Origin: Tubiluchus corallicola
Taxonomy: Eukaryota > Animalia > Priapulida
Assembly: GCA_030141605.1 (NCBI GenBank)
Contig: JAQGDQ010000389.1
Coordinates: forward strand, 1-64,000
DNA: 64,000 nt
Direction: 5' to 3'
The notes beneath the pieces were generated by a model, which did no database searches, was not told the DNA's origin, and was given only the letters and a program-made list of their open reading frames with translations. Shown here piece after piece: positions 1 through 13,482 of this stretch (position 1 is its first letter; each line of letters starts with the position of its first letter). Position numbers and translations under genes: made by a program.

Positions 1-562
1 TGGCTAATTTAAGTTAGGACTTGTATCAGTTATGACTAATTTAAGTTCTGGCTTGTATAAGTTGTGGCTAATATAAGTTATGACTTGCATCAGTTATAGC
101 TAATATAAGTTATGACTTGCATCAGTTATGACTAATATAAGTTATGACTTGTATCAGTTATGGCTAATTTAAGTTGTGGCTAATATAAGTTATGACTTGT
201 ATCAGTTATGACTAATTTAAGTTCTGGCTTGTATAAGTTGTGGCTAATATAAGTTATGACTTGTATAAGTTACAACGAATATAAGTTATGACTTGTATAA
301 GTTATGACTAATATAAGTTATGAATTGTATAAGTTATGACTAATATAAGTTATGACTTGTATAAGTTACAACGAATATAAGTTATGACTTGTATAAGTTA
401 TGACTAATATAAGTTATGACTTGTATAAGTTATGACTAATATAAGTTATGAATTGTATAAGTTATGACTAATATAAGTTATGAATTGTATAAGTTATGAC
501 CAATATAAGTTATGACTTGTATAAGTTCTGACCAATATAAGTTATGAATCGTATAAGTTATG
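1..562. repeat. 16-bp-based minisatellite (ATAAGTTATGACT-aat/tgt)
   Basis: Visible tandem periodicity. Confidence 0.9.
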
Positions 563-590
563 AGTAATTTAATCTGATCAAAGCTCTTAC

Positions 591-657
591 CGGATTCCAC
601 TGCAGAAAATGAAACATCCAGGAGGAACAAATAGACGGCCGGTTGAGGGGGACGCAG
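591..657 (-). CDS. SEC24: Sec24A/B-like exon, start of the trunk domain (LRPPQPAVYLFLLDVSFSAVES-G); gene continues beyond the window start
   Basis: Conserved PPQPAVYLFxxDVS; tttcAG acceptor, G|GTAAGA donor. Confidence 0.96.
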
Positions 658-1454
658 CTGAAACAGATGAAAACTCTTTATTAAGTAATCAATTAATGTG
701 CCATATTTGTGCAAAATAGTATAGAGATACTCACACTTGCAGGAAATCGTGCTCCAATGTTAAACTAAACCTCAATACAATCTAATATGTAGAATAATGA
801 AACTGGAACAAAGTCTCTTGAAGAATTTCTAACGTAAAACAATTATGCAGCCTACAGCAACTGGCTAAGGGCAATAGCACGTGTATCTCGCACATGGGTT
901 GCACAAAAAGCAGATGTTGTTCAGTTGTGATGTAGTGCACACATTCGAGAGCTCATGCGTGGACTTGAAGTTTGAATTTCAAACTTAAAATATGTCTAGT
1001 TTTTGCACAGCAGACTGAATATCTTACAGCAGCACTGTACTTCAATTTTTGCTTTCGCAAACAAGTTTACCACACTCATGGAATGTTTATGCTGCTGAAA
1101 ATTATGTTCATCTAAGATGACATCACTAGTGAGGCTCGCCTGGCATTAACAAAGTTTCATCCTAGTATTTAATCATCAGAGAAAATGTTGCCATTGCTTT
1201 AGGTGATTTCTTCTTCTTAACACACTTCAAAATTGGGCAGGACATGGAAAATCAATCAATTTGGTTTTAAAATGAATAATCAATAGAAAACTTGACAACA
1301 AACAAAACATTAATCAAATCACTAATAATGTTTTCTATCAATTTTACAACCATTTTGTAAATGTTATGATGTATTACAGAATGCGTATAGTGCTAAGTAA
1401 TCGTTCACAATGACAGCCAGAAGCCATTATCATAAAACCCACAAAATGCCTATA

Positions 1455-1921
1455 GCTAAAAATGTGTGAAGAACTAGCAGAAAAGATTGCTGTTATTGCT
1501 GAACGTATGCCACCCATTTGCAGCTAAAAATGTGTGAAGAACTAGCAGAAAAGATTGCTGTTATTGCTGAACGTATGCCACCCATTTGCAGCTAAAAATG
1601 TGTGAAGAACTAGCAGAAAAGATTGCTGTTATTGCTGAACGTATGCCACCCATTTGCAGCTAAAAATGTGTGAAGAACTAGCAGAAAAGATTGCTGTTAT
1701 TGCTGAACGTATGCCACCCATTTGCAGCTAAAAATGTGTGAAGAACTAGCAGAAAAGATTGCTGTTATTGCTGAACGTATGCCACCCATTTGCAGCTAAA
1801 AATGTGTGAAGAACTAGCAGAAAAGATTGCTGTTATTGCTGAACGTATGCCACCCATTTGCAGCTAAAAATGTGTGAAGAACTAGCAGAGAAGATTGCTG
1901 TTATTGCTGAACGTATGCCAC
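1455..1921. repeat. 68-bp tandem repeat, ~7 nearly identical copies
   Basis: Unit starts at 1455, 1523 and so on. Confidence 0.95.
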
Positions 1922-2252
1922 TCACTTGCTACGTGGTGAGTTTTGTTCTTATCCCAGATTTTTGCAAGATGTTTTGAATTGTACCACGCGAAACAAATTT
2001 ACTTTTGAAATGACGTGATGAAGTTGGTGTTGATGCTACTCATGATGGACAGCGGCTGCGACGGCAGCAGAGGAAATGATGGCGGTTGTCAATGATGGTG
2101 GCAACAGTAATTTAACAGTAAAACGGATGGTTGCAGTAATCAGTAGTCTGAAGTAGCATCTATAGCAGCAGCAACTTTTCTTTTATAAAACATGTAGCAG
2201 TGAAGAGGAGAGCACAAACGTCAAATACAGCTGGACGACTTTGATTACTCAC

Positions 2253-2362
2253 CATGTACTCAGAGGGCGCTATGAATTCTATTGTTGCTGATCGTATCTC
2301 TGGTCGCCTTTGTGGTTCACCGTATGTTTTACTAACCGGATCATAGCTAAATTCTTCCGGTA
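2253..2362 (-). CDS. SEC24: Sec24A/B-like exon (LPEEFSYDPVSKTYGEPQRRPEIRSATIEFIAPSEYM)
   Basis: Conserved RPE...EFxAPxEYM; 110 nt, phase 1 to 0. Confidence 0.97.
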
Positions 2363-3204
2363 CTGTAAGAAACATTAAAATTAGCATCAATGTATAAAAC
2401 TCACATTGAAACTAGTTTAATAGACAAGTATGATGACAAACAAGTAAGCCAACAAACAAGTACAACGATAAACAAGTTCAATAATAAACAAGTTCAGGTG
2501 ACAAACAAGTACGGTAAAAAAAGAAACACAGTAACAAACACATACGGGCAATAACAAGTACGTGAAAAAAAGGCACTGTACCTAACAAACAAGTAAAAGG
2601 TCCAACAAGTGCAGAAACAAATAAGTACGGTGACAAAAGGTACGGTAACAAACAAGTACGAAAACCAACAAGTACACCAACAAACAACTATGTCAACAAA
2701 CAAGTATGACAATAAACAACTATGTCAGCAAAAAAGTACGACAATAAACAAGTATGTTGAAGGTAAGAAATAAATTTATCCTTTGAAACTCATGTACATC
2801 AACATAGCGCTTCCTGCGTGATAGAAAGAAAACTGGTCTATCTCAGAAATACTTGTCAAAATTGACCACTGTCACCTCTTGTTTATGCTTAGATGGGAAC
2901 CTCAGTGCTTTTTGTAATTGAGAAAACTAGACTGTATAGTGCACAGGCACATCTAAATATGTTTATACAACTTAAATGAGCAACAAAATTGCCCATGAAT
3001 AAATGAACAATTTCTAAACTTGACTCCATACTAATGAATAAACTGGAGTAGTAAGTTGAACGAAGCTATTAATTATACCGATCATTTAACTTTTAAGTAC
3101 ATAGTTTTGCCAAATTTCTATAATCGTTTTGCAATTAAATGTACAATTCAATTTTTTCTAATGTAAAATGACTGTGACTACAATCATTATTTTTAAATAA
3201 AAGA

Positions 3205-3655
<451 letters not shown>

Positions 3656-3809
3656 AGTTATTTGACTAATGTCATTATAAGAAAAAGATACTCTTCTTAA
3701 AATTTACAAGCAAAAAATTTCCGAGAAAAATTGTAACCGAAGTAAATTGATTCTTATACTGACACATTCATCATGTTGTCTAATTAGACTAATTAAGCAT
3801 TTTACTCAC

Positions 3810-3936
3810 ATTCGTTAACTCTGAAACAGAGGTTGCACTTCCAACGGCGACTGTCCGGAAACGTAACAAACGGGTTGATATACGTCCGACACGACCTACA
3901 GCGTACTATCACACTCGACTGTATCACCGGTAAGTT
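3810..3936 (-). CDS. SEC24: Sec23/Sec24 zinc-finger exon ([42 protein letters not shown])
   Basis: Canonical RCxxCxxYINPF...WxCxxC finger; 127 nt, GTGAGT donor, phase 0 to 1; absent from the ORF track. Confidence 0.97.
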
Positions 3937-4239
3937 CTGAAAGTCACAATAAGTCAAGCTCTAGATGAACAGATTTTGTGCGAAACAAGCCAACTTAAAC
4001 AAATCACTAACCGTTTAACCGTTACTTAGCCAAATTTTCTACATTATATTAGTCATACTTAGACAATACAAACATGTTGCGAACTTAGTGATACTAGTGT
4101 AACATTTAATTTTATTCGTTGTCTATGTTTAACAATGCACACACGAACAAAGCATCACAGGTTACATGCATGTTTCTTATTACAAAGTCAAATCCCACTT
4201 TAAACCAAATTTATATTATAGGTTTTACATGTCAAACGT

Positions 4240-4884
4240 AGACCTACGTTAAGTCAAATGTAGATTTAGGTAATTCAAATGTGTCTTGGTAACTCAAATG
4301 TAGACTTTGGTAGTTCAAATGTGTCTTGGTAACTCAAAGGTAGACTTAGGTAGTTCAAATGTGTCTTGGTAACTCAAATGTAGACTTAGGTAGTTCAAAT
4401 GTGTTTTGGTAACTCAAAGGTAGACTTAGGTAGTTCAAATGTGTCTTGGTAACTCAAAGGTAGACTTAGATAATTCAAATGTGTCTTGGTAACTCAAATT
4501 TAGACTTAGGTAGTTCAAATGTGTCTTGGTAACTCAAAGGTAAACTTAGGTAATTCAAATGCGTCTTGGTAACTCAAATTTAGACTTAGGTAGTTCAAAT
4601 GTGTCTTGGTAACTCAAAGGTAGACTTAGGTAATTCAAATGTGTCTTGGTAACTCAAATGTAGATTTAGGTAATTCAAATGTGTCTTGGTAACTCAAATT
4701 TAGACTTAGGTAGTTCAAATGTGTTTTGGTAGCTCAAAGGTAGACTTAGGTAGTTCAAATGTGTCTTGGTAACTCAAATTTAGACTTAGGTAGTTCAAAT
4801 GTGTCTTGGTAACTCAAAGGTAGACTTAGGTAATTCAAATGTGTCTTGGTAACTCAAAGGTAGACTTAGGTAGTTCAAATGTGT
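4240..4884. repeat. 40-bp minisatellite (dimer of 20-bp subunits)
   Basis: TAGACTTAGGTAGTTCAAATGTGTCTTGGTAACTCAAAGG, ~16 copies. Confidence 0.93.
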
Positions 4885-5655
4885 TAACGATGGTTTTCAA
4901 CAAATCTAGTCATACTTTTTACTTAGCCATATTAATGAAACCTTGTATCAGCAATGTCCCATTTACATAAAATTGTACTATTTGCAACAATGTTTCAATT
5001 AATCTGGTTGTCTAAGAAACAACCAGTTTTTCACTTGCGTATGTTACGAGGATGCCGAAATGTTGGACATTCTCGCTAGCGCATGCTAGATTTGAACCGC
5101 ACCACTTACTTGCGCGAGTCATGTGTATCCGATATCAACAGTTAACCTGTTAACTGACCGCAATTAATAATGGTTAAACGGTCAGTTAAAAAACCTAACA
5201 GTCTCAACTCTAGCATCACATACAACTTCATATACATTTTTTCCTTACTATTATCACATTCTGTACAATATAATGAAATTAAGCACACAGTGACATCAAA
5301 ATTATTACATCATAGTGTATTAAATTCTTATATTTCATACACTATCATTATCATAAAAGAATAATTGTACTTCAGTGGGCTAGAGAAGCAAAGGCTTGTA
5401 TAAACCCACTATCATGTGAACCCGATAAAAAAAGAATGGATGAGTGAACAAAAAAAGAACTGGGAGAAAGGTTAGATCACACAGGAAGGGTAGAAGGATG
5501 TGTTAGTGGAAATGGTAGGAAGAAAGATAATAGATTGCACTATGTTGACATCAGCTCTAAAGATTAATCAATGATGCCTTGTTTTGCATAATCTGTAATT
5601 TGCACAAACTCACAGTTGCCAGGTGAATCATCGAAGTACTCAAGTTTTCACTTAC

Positions 5656-5758
5656 GGTTAAATCTTTGAAAGGATGTATCAGTATTCCTAGCGGCAGCTT
5701 GGACTTGCTTAGCAAACTCTGTGTGTGAGGAATAGTGTTCATTGTGCAGCGGAATAGA
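5656..5758 (-). CDS. SEC24: Sec24A/B-like exon (LFRCTMNTIPHTQSLLSKSKLPLGILIHPFKDLT)
   Basis: Highly conserved Sec24 segment; 103 nt, phase 2 to 0. Confidence 0.96.
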
Positions 5759-6361
5759 CTAGAATAAAACAAATGCTTCATACGACACCAGCTGAGCAAT
5801 TAAAATGTAATCGGTTTACATTGTGATGAGGCAGAATAAACTCGTTATTTTAATCAGGTAATAAGTTTCAATTACTTTTCTGTAATCTAAAATAACTAAC
5901 CAAGAGGCCGATGTGGAAAAAAGTTGAAGAAAGACGGCAAAAAATATTAACCAGTCGGGAATTGAACCTGAGACTTTACAACATCTGTTGTTTGGCACTG
6001 TAACGTAGTTCCAAAGCAGAAACTTCATACTTTTAGTAACCAAATTCAAGAAAAGTAAGCGAAACAAAATTCATAGACCTCCTAGTTAATTAATTAACAC
6101 CAAATTGATAAACTAAAAATGATAAAATTGTGAAATTCACTTTTGCTCTGCCTTCTGTAACTTACACGTTCAGCAAAATTTTAATAGCTATTATCAGTAT
6201 AGCATATTAATAACATATTAACATATAATTACAAAGTATTTGCATATTAAAAGTACTTAATAAGGGTCTTTAGAACACGAATAAATATAAGTTTATTAAG
6301 AGTAATTAGAATATCAAAATATACTTAACAAAAGTTTGTATTAAAAATATCTTCTAAGAGG

Positions 6362-6672
6362 GACTGCTAAGGGCCATACTAGGGCCTTTAATATGTAAAG
6401 ATACTAACGGCCTTACTAGGGCCTTCAATATATATAGATACTAAGGGGGTTACTAGGGCCTTCAATATATAAAGATACTAAGGGCCTTACTAGGACCCTT
6501 AAAGTATAAACATACTAACGGCCTTACTAGGGTCTTTAATATATAAAAATACTACGGGCCTTACTAGGGCCTTTAACATATAAATATACTAAGGGCCTTA
6601 CTAGGGCTTTAATGTATAAACATACTAAGGGCCGTACTGGGGCATATAATATATAAAAATACTTACTAAGGG
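6362..6672. repeat. ~38-bp degenerate minisatellite abutting a Sec24 donor site
   Basis: ATACTAAGGGCCTTACTAGGGCC core, ~8 copies. Confidence 0.85.
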
Positions 6673-6923
6673 CTACAATTAACTTTTTTAAAGTCGTGAA
6701 CAAGGGAAGGTTTCGGCGGCTCGGGCGGCTTCGGAGGAAGTAGATGTCGCTCCTGCAGCAAATTCACGGGACGCGCTGCATCCTGCAAACCCATGCTGGC
6801 AAACTCCGCTGTCAATCCCGGCGGATAAGGCGTGCCGTCTCCGGGCTGTCCTTGTGTGGTGGCTCCGCCAAGTGGCGGCGGCTGGTACTGCTGAACCGGA
6901 GCCTGAGGCTGACTATAAGCCGG
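6667..6923 (-). CDS. SEC24: Sec24A/B-like exon (PAYSQPQAP...ARPVNLLQERHLLPP...FKKVNCSP)
   Basis: Contains the SEC24A/B-typical RPVNLLQER and NCSP; 257 nt, phase 0 to 2, TA|GTAAGT donor. Confidence 0.93.
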
Positions 6924-7909
6924 CTATAAGAAAAGAATGATAAAGGAGACAAATTATTTTGATAACAAACCAAGGCAGTGACTTAAGACACGTTCAGACG
7001 AGAAAGTTTTCTCACCAAATTAACTCGCAAACATGTTCAGACTTGTACAGGCTGCTGCGAGTTACTCTCACACGGTAAGCGCTAGTTCACACTCGCTTCT
7101 CTATTCACTGTGAGAAATGTTTTGGGTACATTGCAAAACACTACACTACATTCTCGACTCGTGATCTTGAAATGCATGAAACGCTCTCCCCTTCTTTGTT
7201 TAGTTAGTGATTGGACAATCTGTGTCATGTGACTTGAAAACTTACCTAGTGTGAAGGATTTTAGGTTATTTTATTACTTCAGTGTTCTCTCATTCTGTAA
7301 CCCCCCCCCCATACTGTCCTTTTACTGCATTCGTATCTATGTCTTGACTTGGCTTCTTTCTGTCATGCTCCACTGACAGAGCTAGTTTACCTGGTCTGTT
7401 GGCAGTCTGTTCTTGGCTAAGAGAGTTTCATATGGATTCTATGCAATAAAATTATCACCACTACCACTACCACCACTACTACCACAACCACTATTATTAT
7501 TACTACAACTACTACCATTACCACTATTGTTGTAACTCCAAATAATGAGACATAAGTTGCTTATCTACTTTTTTCTTAAGAGCATACTAGTCGACTTACG
7601 ACTACAGTCGGAACGAGCAGATTAGTTGGAAGACGACTTGGATGCTAGTTAGACCCATATGTTCAGTTTAGTAGCGATAGTCCAATGCAAAATGTTGAGC
7701 ACACTGAGTATTGCAGCGCCAAAGGAAAGCGTTCGTGATTTAAAATTTATTTCTTTGAAAAATAGAAGTTGTGTGTTGTAATTAGTCTTGTATGATTAAT
7801 TAAGTTGTGGTTAAGTCGTAAAGTTCAACAGTTGTAAACTGATTTAAGTCGGTGACTATCATCAAAACTTTAAACTTTACATACATAAAATCTAACTTAA
7901 CAAATTGCA

Positions 7910-8161
7910 CCCACGCTCTGTGCCAGCATACACCATGCACCACGCTCTGTGCCAGCATACACCATGCACCACGCTCTGTGCCAGCATACACCATGCACCA
8001 CGCTCTGTGCCAGCATACACCATGCACCACGCTCTGTGCCAGCATACACCATGCACCACGCTCTGTGCCAGCATACACCATGCACCACGCTCTGTGCCAG
8101 CATACACCATGCACCACGCTCTGTGCCAGCATACACCATGCACCACGCTCTGTGCCAGCAT
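7910..8161. repeat. 29-bp perfect tandem repeat, ~8.5 copies
   Basis: CACCACGCTCTGTGCCAGCATACACCATG; produces six shadow ORFs. Confidence 0.97.
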
Positions 8162-8283
8162 GCTCGGCTTCTACAAAGCAATCAATACGTCATGAATAGT
8201 AAAACACGAGGACTCCATAAAATGTTACGGAATCCCGATCTGAATAACTTCAAACATATCAGAAATAATGCCTTTAATCTTAC

Positions 8284-8462
8284 CATTTGAGGGTAATGCC
8301 GCGGACCAGCCGGCCCACCCACGGGCGGACGTTGCTCACCGTATTGTGGGGGAGGGCCCACAGGAGGCGGTTGTACGGTGTAAGGTTGTTGCGGACCTGA
8401 AGGCGGTGGCATTTGTCCTGCGAAGGGTTGCTGCTGACCTGGCGGTTGAGGGGTGTGTCCAG
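8284..8462 (-). CDS. SEC24: Sec24A/B-like Pro-rich exon (AGHTPQPPGQQQPF...RHYPQM)
   Basis: ttttcAG acceptor, ATG|GTAAGA donor, 179 nt, phase 1 to 0. Confidence 0.9.
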
Positions 8463-9584
8463 CTGAAAACAAAGAAAATTTTAAATTTTAAGGACAATGT
8501 CTGCTGACCAGGCAGGTTGAGGGGTTTGTTCTCACCCAATGAAAATCCTTCTAACAATGCACTTTTACCACCCAGCCAATAGGGATTCAGCTGACAATGT
8601 ACTACTCTAACTCAGTGAAAATTGTCCTAACATGTCAAACTAAATTTACAACAAACATTTGACTGTGCAGTCATTTGCTGTGACAAATCTTCATTCTGCA
8701 CAAACCAGTCGCCATGGCAACAAATGTGATGTTAAATCCATTTATGTCCATGTTACACAAACGACTCCAGCTTTCAGTTTTTATTTACTAGCATCTAGAA
8801 ATTCAACAATTTAAAGGTTTGTGAATAAAATGAGTCAACTTGCAAAATATTTCAATTAACATTCACGTTTTTGTGCCTTCTATAATACATTTTATGCTTG
8901 AAAAGTAGTCAGCGATGATGCTGTCACGTGATTGCAAACTTAATCGTCGTTGAACGGTGAGAGATGAACGCTGAAAGTAGCAACTGTTTTTGTTTTCTAG
9001 AATCTGGCTTCCAGCATTTGCAGCCAAAATCTCTGGCTTCGTCACAATACTAGCGATGCTCCAGATAAACATTTTGCCTGACAGCAAATGTCTTGAGTCA
9101 TCTAAGATTTCTACAAATTCACTTCCAGATTCAGATTATAACCGGACAGATTAGCTAAAGTCGAATCGAATATTCGGTTCAATTCGGATAGAGGCCTCAG
9201 TGATTTCACTTATATTATTATTACATTATTTCATATTTAGTAAATTCATTTAGTCTGTCATCTTAAATGATCCTAGTTTAGATACTTTAGAAGTTATTAA
9301 GCATAATCTGAAAGGAGAATAAGAAGTAACTTAATGAGAAGCATATTCTTAATGAAATGAGAATATAATATAATATGATATAAATAATAATATAAACATA
9401 CGTCAACTTTGATGTTGTTATAATTACTCTTTTATTCATAAATTCTCTTCTTCTTCAAGACCTCATTATATCTAATGTAGACACTGAGATTCGTAAATTT
9501 GCGTATTTGCAATCCAGATTACTGAGTTTAGCAGTTATGGGAAATCTTTAGTTTACAGTTTGAGAGATTGTTCGTTGTCTGCCA

Positions 9585-10703
9585 CTACATGAAGGTATGC
9601 CGTATTACCACAGTACATGAAGGTACAACGTATTACCAAGCTATGTGAAGGTACACCATATTATCACGCCACGTGAAGGTACACCATATTACCACAGTAC
9701 GTGAAGGTACACCATATTATCACACCAGGTGAAGGTACACCATATTACCACAGTACGTGAAGGTACACCATATTATCACACCAGGTGAAGGTACACCATA
9801 TTATCACAGTACGTGAAGGTACACCATATTATCACACCAGGTGAAGGTACACCATATTACCACAGTACGTGAAGGTACACCATATTATCACACCAGGTAA
9901 AGGTACACCATATTATCACACCAGGTGAAGGTACACCATATTATCACACCAGGTGAAGGTACACCATATTATCACACCAGGTGAAGGTACACCATATTAC
10001 CACAGTACGTGAAGGTACACCATATTATCACACCAGGTGAAGGTACACCATATTATCACAGTACGTGAAGGTACACCATATTATCACACCAGGTGAAGGT
10101 ACACCATATTACCACAGTACGTGAAGGTACACCATATTATCACACCAGGTGAAGGTACACCATATTACCACAGTACGTGAAGGTACACCATATTATCACA
10201 CCAGGTGAAGGTACACCATATTATCACACCAGGTGAAGGTACACCATATTATCACACCAGGTGAAGGTACACCATATTACCACAGTACGTGAAGGTACAC
10301 CATATTACCACAGTACGTGAAGGTACACCATATTACCACAGTACGTGAAGGTACACCATATTATCACGCCACGTGAAGTTAAACCGTATTACCACGCTAA
10401 GGTGAAGGTATACCATATTATCATGCTACGTGAAGGAACACCGTATTACCACACTACGTGAAGGAACACCGTATTACCACACTACGTGAAGGTACACCAT
10501 ATTACCACACTACGTGAAGGTACACCATATTACCACACTACGTGAAGGTACACCATATTACCACACTACGTGAAGGTACACCATATTACCACACTACGTG
10601 AAGGTACACCGCATTACCACACTACGTGAAGGAACACCGCATTACCACACTACGTGAAGGTACACCATATTACCACACTACGTGAAGGTACACCATATTA
10701 CCA
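9585..10703. repeat. 28-bp minisatellite, ~40 copies with interleaved variants
   Basis: GTGAAGGTACACCATATTA(C/T)CAC core. Confidence 0.95.
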
Positions 10704-10961
10704 GACGTCAACTGTAAAATTTACGTCTAACGTAATCGCAGCCTAAAATATCTGAATTTTTTTTGGTAGTAGTTTATTTATTTATTTATTTTCGTCTGCT
10801 GAATTATACGTAAACCGTTTTTAATGGTATATTAGGAAAGCAGGATGGCGACTATTTGTGAATCTGGATGCTTGGTCTATATCACAGGTATTAAAAATGT
10901 TTTTATCAGCATAAAAACACTAGATCTTGCATGAACAGAGCGTACAGTAAAGTCGTCTTAC

Positions 10962-11048
10962 CTGATCCTGGCCATTGCCCCTCTATTTCATCATATCTCT
11001 GTGTCGGTAGCGGAGAAGGGTTCCTAGAGGATCTTTCCGATGTCGGCT
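10962..11048 (-). CDS. SEC24: Sec24A/B-like exon carrying the SP...YDEIEG motif (EPTSERSSRNPSPLPTQRYDEIEGQWPGS)
   Basis: tttgtttAG acceptor, G|GTAAGA donor, 87 nt, phase 1 to 1; resembles the YDEIEGG/YDALEGG segment I recall in vertebrate SEC24A/B; absent from the ORF track. Confidence 0.8.
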
Positions 11049-11693
11049 CTAAACAAACGTGTGCAACCGTGATAACTTAAGCTACTTAATTCATTCATTA
11101 TTAGTCTAATCACTACAAAAGCAAAAATTAAACATCAAACTTAACGAAAATTAGATTAACGAGATCATCAGATCAAAAACTTAAAAGCAAAAATCCATTC
11201 CATCTCATCACTGGAGGCAAGAACAGGATAAAATTTGGAGTCGTCAACGTGGTCAAAAAAGAAGAGAAACTGGTACTATTGACATGGAGTGGTAGTGCAT
11301 GATAAGGTGACCAGGTGGAGCCACGGTACAACATGGTTGCCTCGAGTGTCCTCTTGCAATTTTTGTCTTTGTCATTATATTCTGCATCTTCAGTATATTC
11401 GAAGTAAAATGATGTTAATAATAATTGCCACGAGTCAGGTGACAACTGAAGCGGATGAAGAGGGGGAGGGGAGGGGAGGAAATCATCAAAGAGGAAAAGA
11501 AACATTTGGCAGTGAAACAGGAAATAAAGAAACCACCAGAGTAACGGAAAATTATGATAAAATTCACTCGGAAAAAAATGAGTTAAAATAAAAAACACAA
11601 ATGAGAAAACTATCTACACGAAATCACAACACCTATTCTATGCAGCAGTAAAAGCACACAATAGCTACCACAGATGGAGCCACTAGTACATAC

Positions 11694-11789
11694 CAGACAA
11701 AGAGGGCGGTGTTAGTGTTGCAGTATCCCATCTTTGCAAGTATTGACGACCGTGATATGGTATGGGTAGTTCAGCCGGACGTATTATAC
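11694..11789 (-). CDS. SEC24: Candidate alternative (cassette) exon of Sec24 (GIIRPAELPIPYHGRQYLQRWDTATLTPPSLS)
   Basis: 96 nt, stop-free, phase 1 to 1, weak ggttAG acceptor, good G|GTATGT donor; two TGCATG elements just upstream of the acceptor. Confidence 0.5.
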
Positions 11790-12121
11790 CTAACCACCGA
11801 CATGCAGCATGCAAAACAACATGAAATGTTACACCAAGCAACAGAATGGTACCCGAAAACGGCACGTAATGTTAAGTAAACGCGCCACGTTATAATCTAG
11901 CAAGCGTTCTAGGAGTCATAATGTTATCAAAGCAACTAGCAAGCTACAATGCTACCACCTAGGATTTATTACAAGAAGCAACACGGCTAGGTTATAAAAG
12001 AAACCATATTTAATTACACATTACATTCAGAACTTGAATAATGAACTTCCATGGTTTCTGGACATATTTATTTATTTATCTAAATATATAAGATTCCGCA
12101 TATTACATGATAATACACAGA

Positions 12122-12543
12122 CAGTCGACCCTCGTTAAACTGGACCCCGTTAGCCCGGATATCGGATAAGACGGACGTCATCCGAGGTAAAGGAAACTGA
12201 CCGATTTCCGACTGAGCCGGAGTGCTAAACACAACACGGCCTACCAACTCACCACGAGCCATTGACGGGCCGAAGCGGCTCTCGGTGCCGCCCAGGCTGC
12301 TACGATTCCCGCCAAAATTCAGTTTGCTCACCCCATCGAAAGCACTCGCTAATTTCTTTATCCTCACAGGTTAACTATTTTAAAGTAATATACAGTATAG
12401 TATATAGTGCAATATATATAGGCCTTATTAAGGTGATTATTCCTGTATAATATAGACCATATATAGGCATATCGGATAAATCGGACAATCGGCTAAACCG
12501 GACCACCCACCCCCAATTAGTCCGATTTAACGAGGGTTGACTG
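12122..12543. mobile_element. pogo/Tigger-like MITE
   Basis: Imperfect ~24-bp TIR CAGTC(G/A)ACCCTCGTTAAA..GGAC; TA on the right side. Confidence 0.7.
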
Positions 12544-12919
12544 TATATAACATTTGAGGCTATAGGTCCCAGGATGGCACAATTTCCAGCGATCTATATA
12601 TCAAACGAGAGGCCTCACTCCGGTCTTTTACCATTGGGGGTTTAATTTTCAAATCCGGCCCATCTGAAGGAACAGGGGGCAAAGAACCTCTAAAAATGGC
12701 TCTTCTTCGCCCGTTTTTGCAATACTAATACTTCTTATTTCTAGAGAATGGGAATGGTACTGGTAATGCTTGCATAGCCAGTTTAACGGCGGGTGTAGTA
12801 GGAGTATTTAGAATTTATAAATTAAACCACAGGTAAGTTACATAGGTAACATGAAAAAAAAATTTAGTATAAAAAATTTGATCAAATTTTAGTAACTTTG
12901 AAAAATTTAATAACCTTCG

Positions 12920-13135
12920 AGTGACTTTGAACAAATCTGATCACATTCTAGTGACTTTGAAGATTTTGATCACATTCTAGTGACTTTGAAGATTTTGATC
13001 ACATTCTAGTGACTTTGAAGATTTTGATCACATTCTAGTGACTTTGAAGATTTTGATCACATTCTAGTGACTTTGAAGATTTTGATCACATTCTAGTGAC
13101 TTTGAAGATTTTGATCACATTCTAGTGAGTTTGAA
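12920..13135. repeat. 29-bp tandem repeat, ~7 copies
   Basis: ATTCTAGTGACTTTGAAGATTTTGATCAC. Confidence 0.93.
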
Positions 13136-13482
13136 AAACGTGATTAGGTTACAATTATAATGAAACAACAATCCAGAAAATTGGAGGGAAAAGTAGGATG
13201 ATGATGACAAATGTGCGATTCAAGTTTTGTCAGTGGTTCCACTATTTTCAAATCATGCGTTAATAACCTTGGTAATAATGCGGAAAGTTGGCAGACAAAA
13301 GTTGGACAACCATGACAAAAATGTGATATAACTTTCATCAACAGTGTCTGCTGATTTTGAAATCACATGTTAATAACTTTGGCAATAATCCGGAAAGTTG
13401 GCAGACAAAAGTAAGATGATCATGACAAACGTGCGATTCAAGTTACACATTAACGATTCATTAAGCGAAGTTTCTTTCATAC

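Noticed and set aside
5950-6010. tRNA gene on the minus strand
   Set aside because: Only a B-box-like GGTTCAATTCCC and no cloverleaf; at most a decayed SINE head
7910-10703. 28-29-bp repeats as CRISPR arrays
   Set aside because: No unique spacers, no cas genes, eukaryotic intron context
11173-11598. 141-aa ORF or extra Sec24 exon after a long pyrimidine tract (acceptor at 11446-11448)
   Set aside because: In the required phase 1 it hits TGA within four codons and has no good donor; a poison exon cannot be excluded
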